Shown: positions 4,676-5,088 of the stretch, in pieces | Numbering within the stretch: position 1 is the stretch's first letter | Layout of the letters: each line of letters begins with the position of its first letter | Virus record (IMG/VR): IMGVR_UViG_2681813320_000010 | Span: 1 to 5,088 of that record | Source: a virus | Taxonomy: Duplodnaviria > Heunggongvirae > Uroviricota > Caudoviricetes | Reading direction: 5' to 3' (one strand) | Length of the DNA: 5,088 bases | The notes under the pieces: model-generated | The model's input: only the letters and a program-made list of their open reading frames with translations | Told to the model about the DNA's origin: nothing | Databases searched by the model: none | Made by a program: the position numbers and the translations under genes

Positions 4676-5084
4676 ACACATCCGCATGGCAATGAATGCC
4701 TGGGCGCATCCGGACGGCGAAAAAGTACCGGCTGCGAAAATTACCAAAGCGTATTTCGAGCTGGGAATGACGTTCCCGGAACTGTATGACGACAGCCATC
4801 CGGAAGCCCTGGCCCGTAATACCCAGAAAATTTTCCGTTGGCTGGATAAAGACACCCCTGATGCTGTTGAAAAAATGCAGGCTCTGTTACCGGCGATCGA
4901 AAAGGCGATGCCGCCTTTGCTGGTGGCCCGTATGCGCAGCCACAGTTCTGAATATTACCGTGAGATCGTCGAACGGAGGGATCGGCTGGTGAAGGATGTC
5001 GATGATTTTGTTGCGTCAGCGGTTGTTTTGTATGACCAGATGAATCGCGGCGGCCCGGCAGGGAATGCTGTGGTGATGCACTAA
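4659..5084 (+). CDS. ydaT: YdaT-like protein (141 aa), CII analogue of Rac-type immunity regions
   Basis: Begins MKIKHEHI, which I recall as the N-terminus of Rac-prophage YdaT. Overlaps the 3-prime end of the Cro-like gene by 17 nt in another frame. G-rich ribosome-binding site (GGGGGTG) upstream. Stop TAA 5082-5084. Assignment from recollection and synteny. Confidence 0.75.
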   Translation: MKIKHEHIRMAMNAWAHPDGEKVPAAKITKAYFELGMTFPELYDDSHPEALARNTQKIFRWLDKDTPDAVEKMQALLPAIEKAMPPLLVARMRSHSSEYYREIVERRDRLVKDVDDFVASAVVLYDQMNRGGPAGNAVVMH

Positions 5085-5088
5085 AAGC

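Noticed and set aside
4610-4992. Track ORFs 4610..4855 (-) and 4786..4992 (+) inside the YdaT-like gene
   Set aside because: Antisense or alternate-frame ORFs with Cys/Arg/Trp-rich products; the YdaT-like frame is the credible one.
1-5088. Scan for tRNA, rRNA, CRISPR repeats, integrase or transposase and attachment-site repeats
   Set aside because: No cloverleaf-compatible tRNA motifs, no regularly spaced direct repeats and no recombinase-like ORF were seen. The window appears to be interior prophage regulatory sequence, not an element boundary.

Overview
This window reads as the immunity and early-left region of a lambdoid (Rac-like) enterobacterial prophage. Right to left on the minus strand: an HTH repressor, a small antitoxin and a ParE/RelE-family toxin form one tight operon (3293..4292) ending in a clean intrinsic terminator; a candidate OL/pL region then drives small early genes (51 aa, 42 aa, 72 aa, 133 aa). 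Divergent from the repressor across an operator-rich OR region are a Cro-like YdaS-type HTH gene and a YdaT-type gene, which published work treats as a CII analogue (4400..5084). The repressor-antitoxin-toxin layout matches the three-component paaR-paaA-parE modules I recall from E. coli O157:H7 cryptic prophages, so I treat it as a described system class rather than a new one. The parts no known feature explains are a plus-strand 92-aa coiled-coil gene converging on and overlapping the 133-aa gene, a roughly 390-bp GC-richer ORF-poor region with hairpins (1434..1827), a 19-bp inverted repeat pair bracketing 110 bp just upstream of two ATGA-coupled small genes, and a 17-bp palindrome family shared by the OL and OR regions. 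The left end carries the 5-prime part of a larger minus-strand gene of unknown function. No rRNA, tRNA, CRISPR array or transposase was seen. All calls come from manual translation and pattern reading; no database search was possible.
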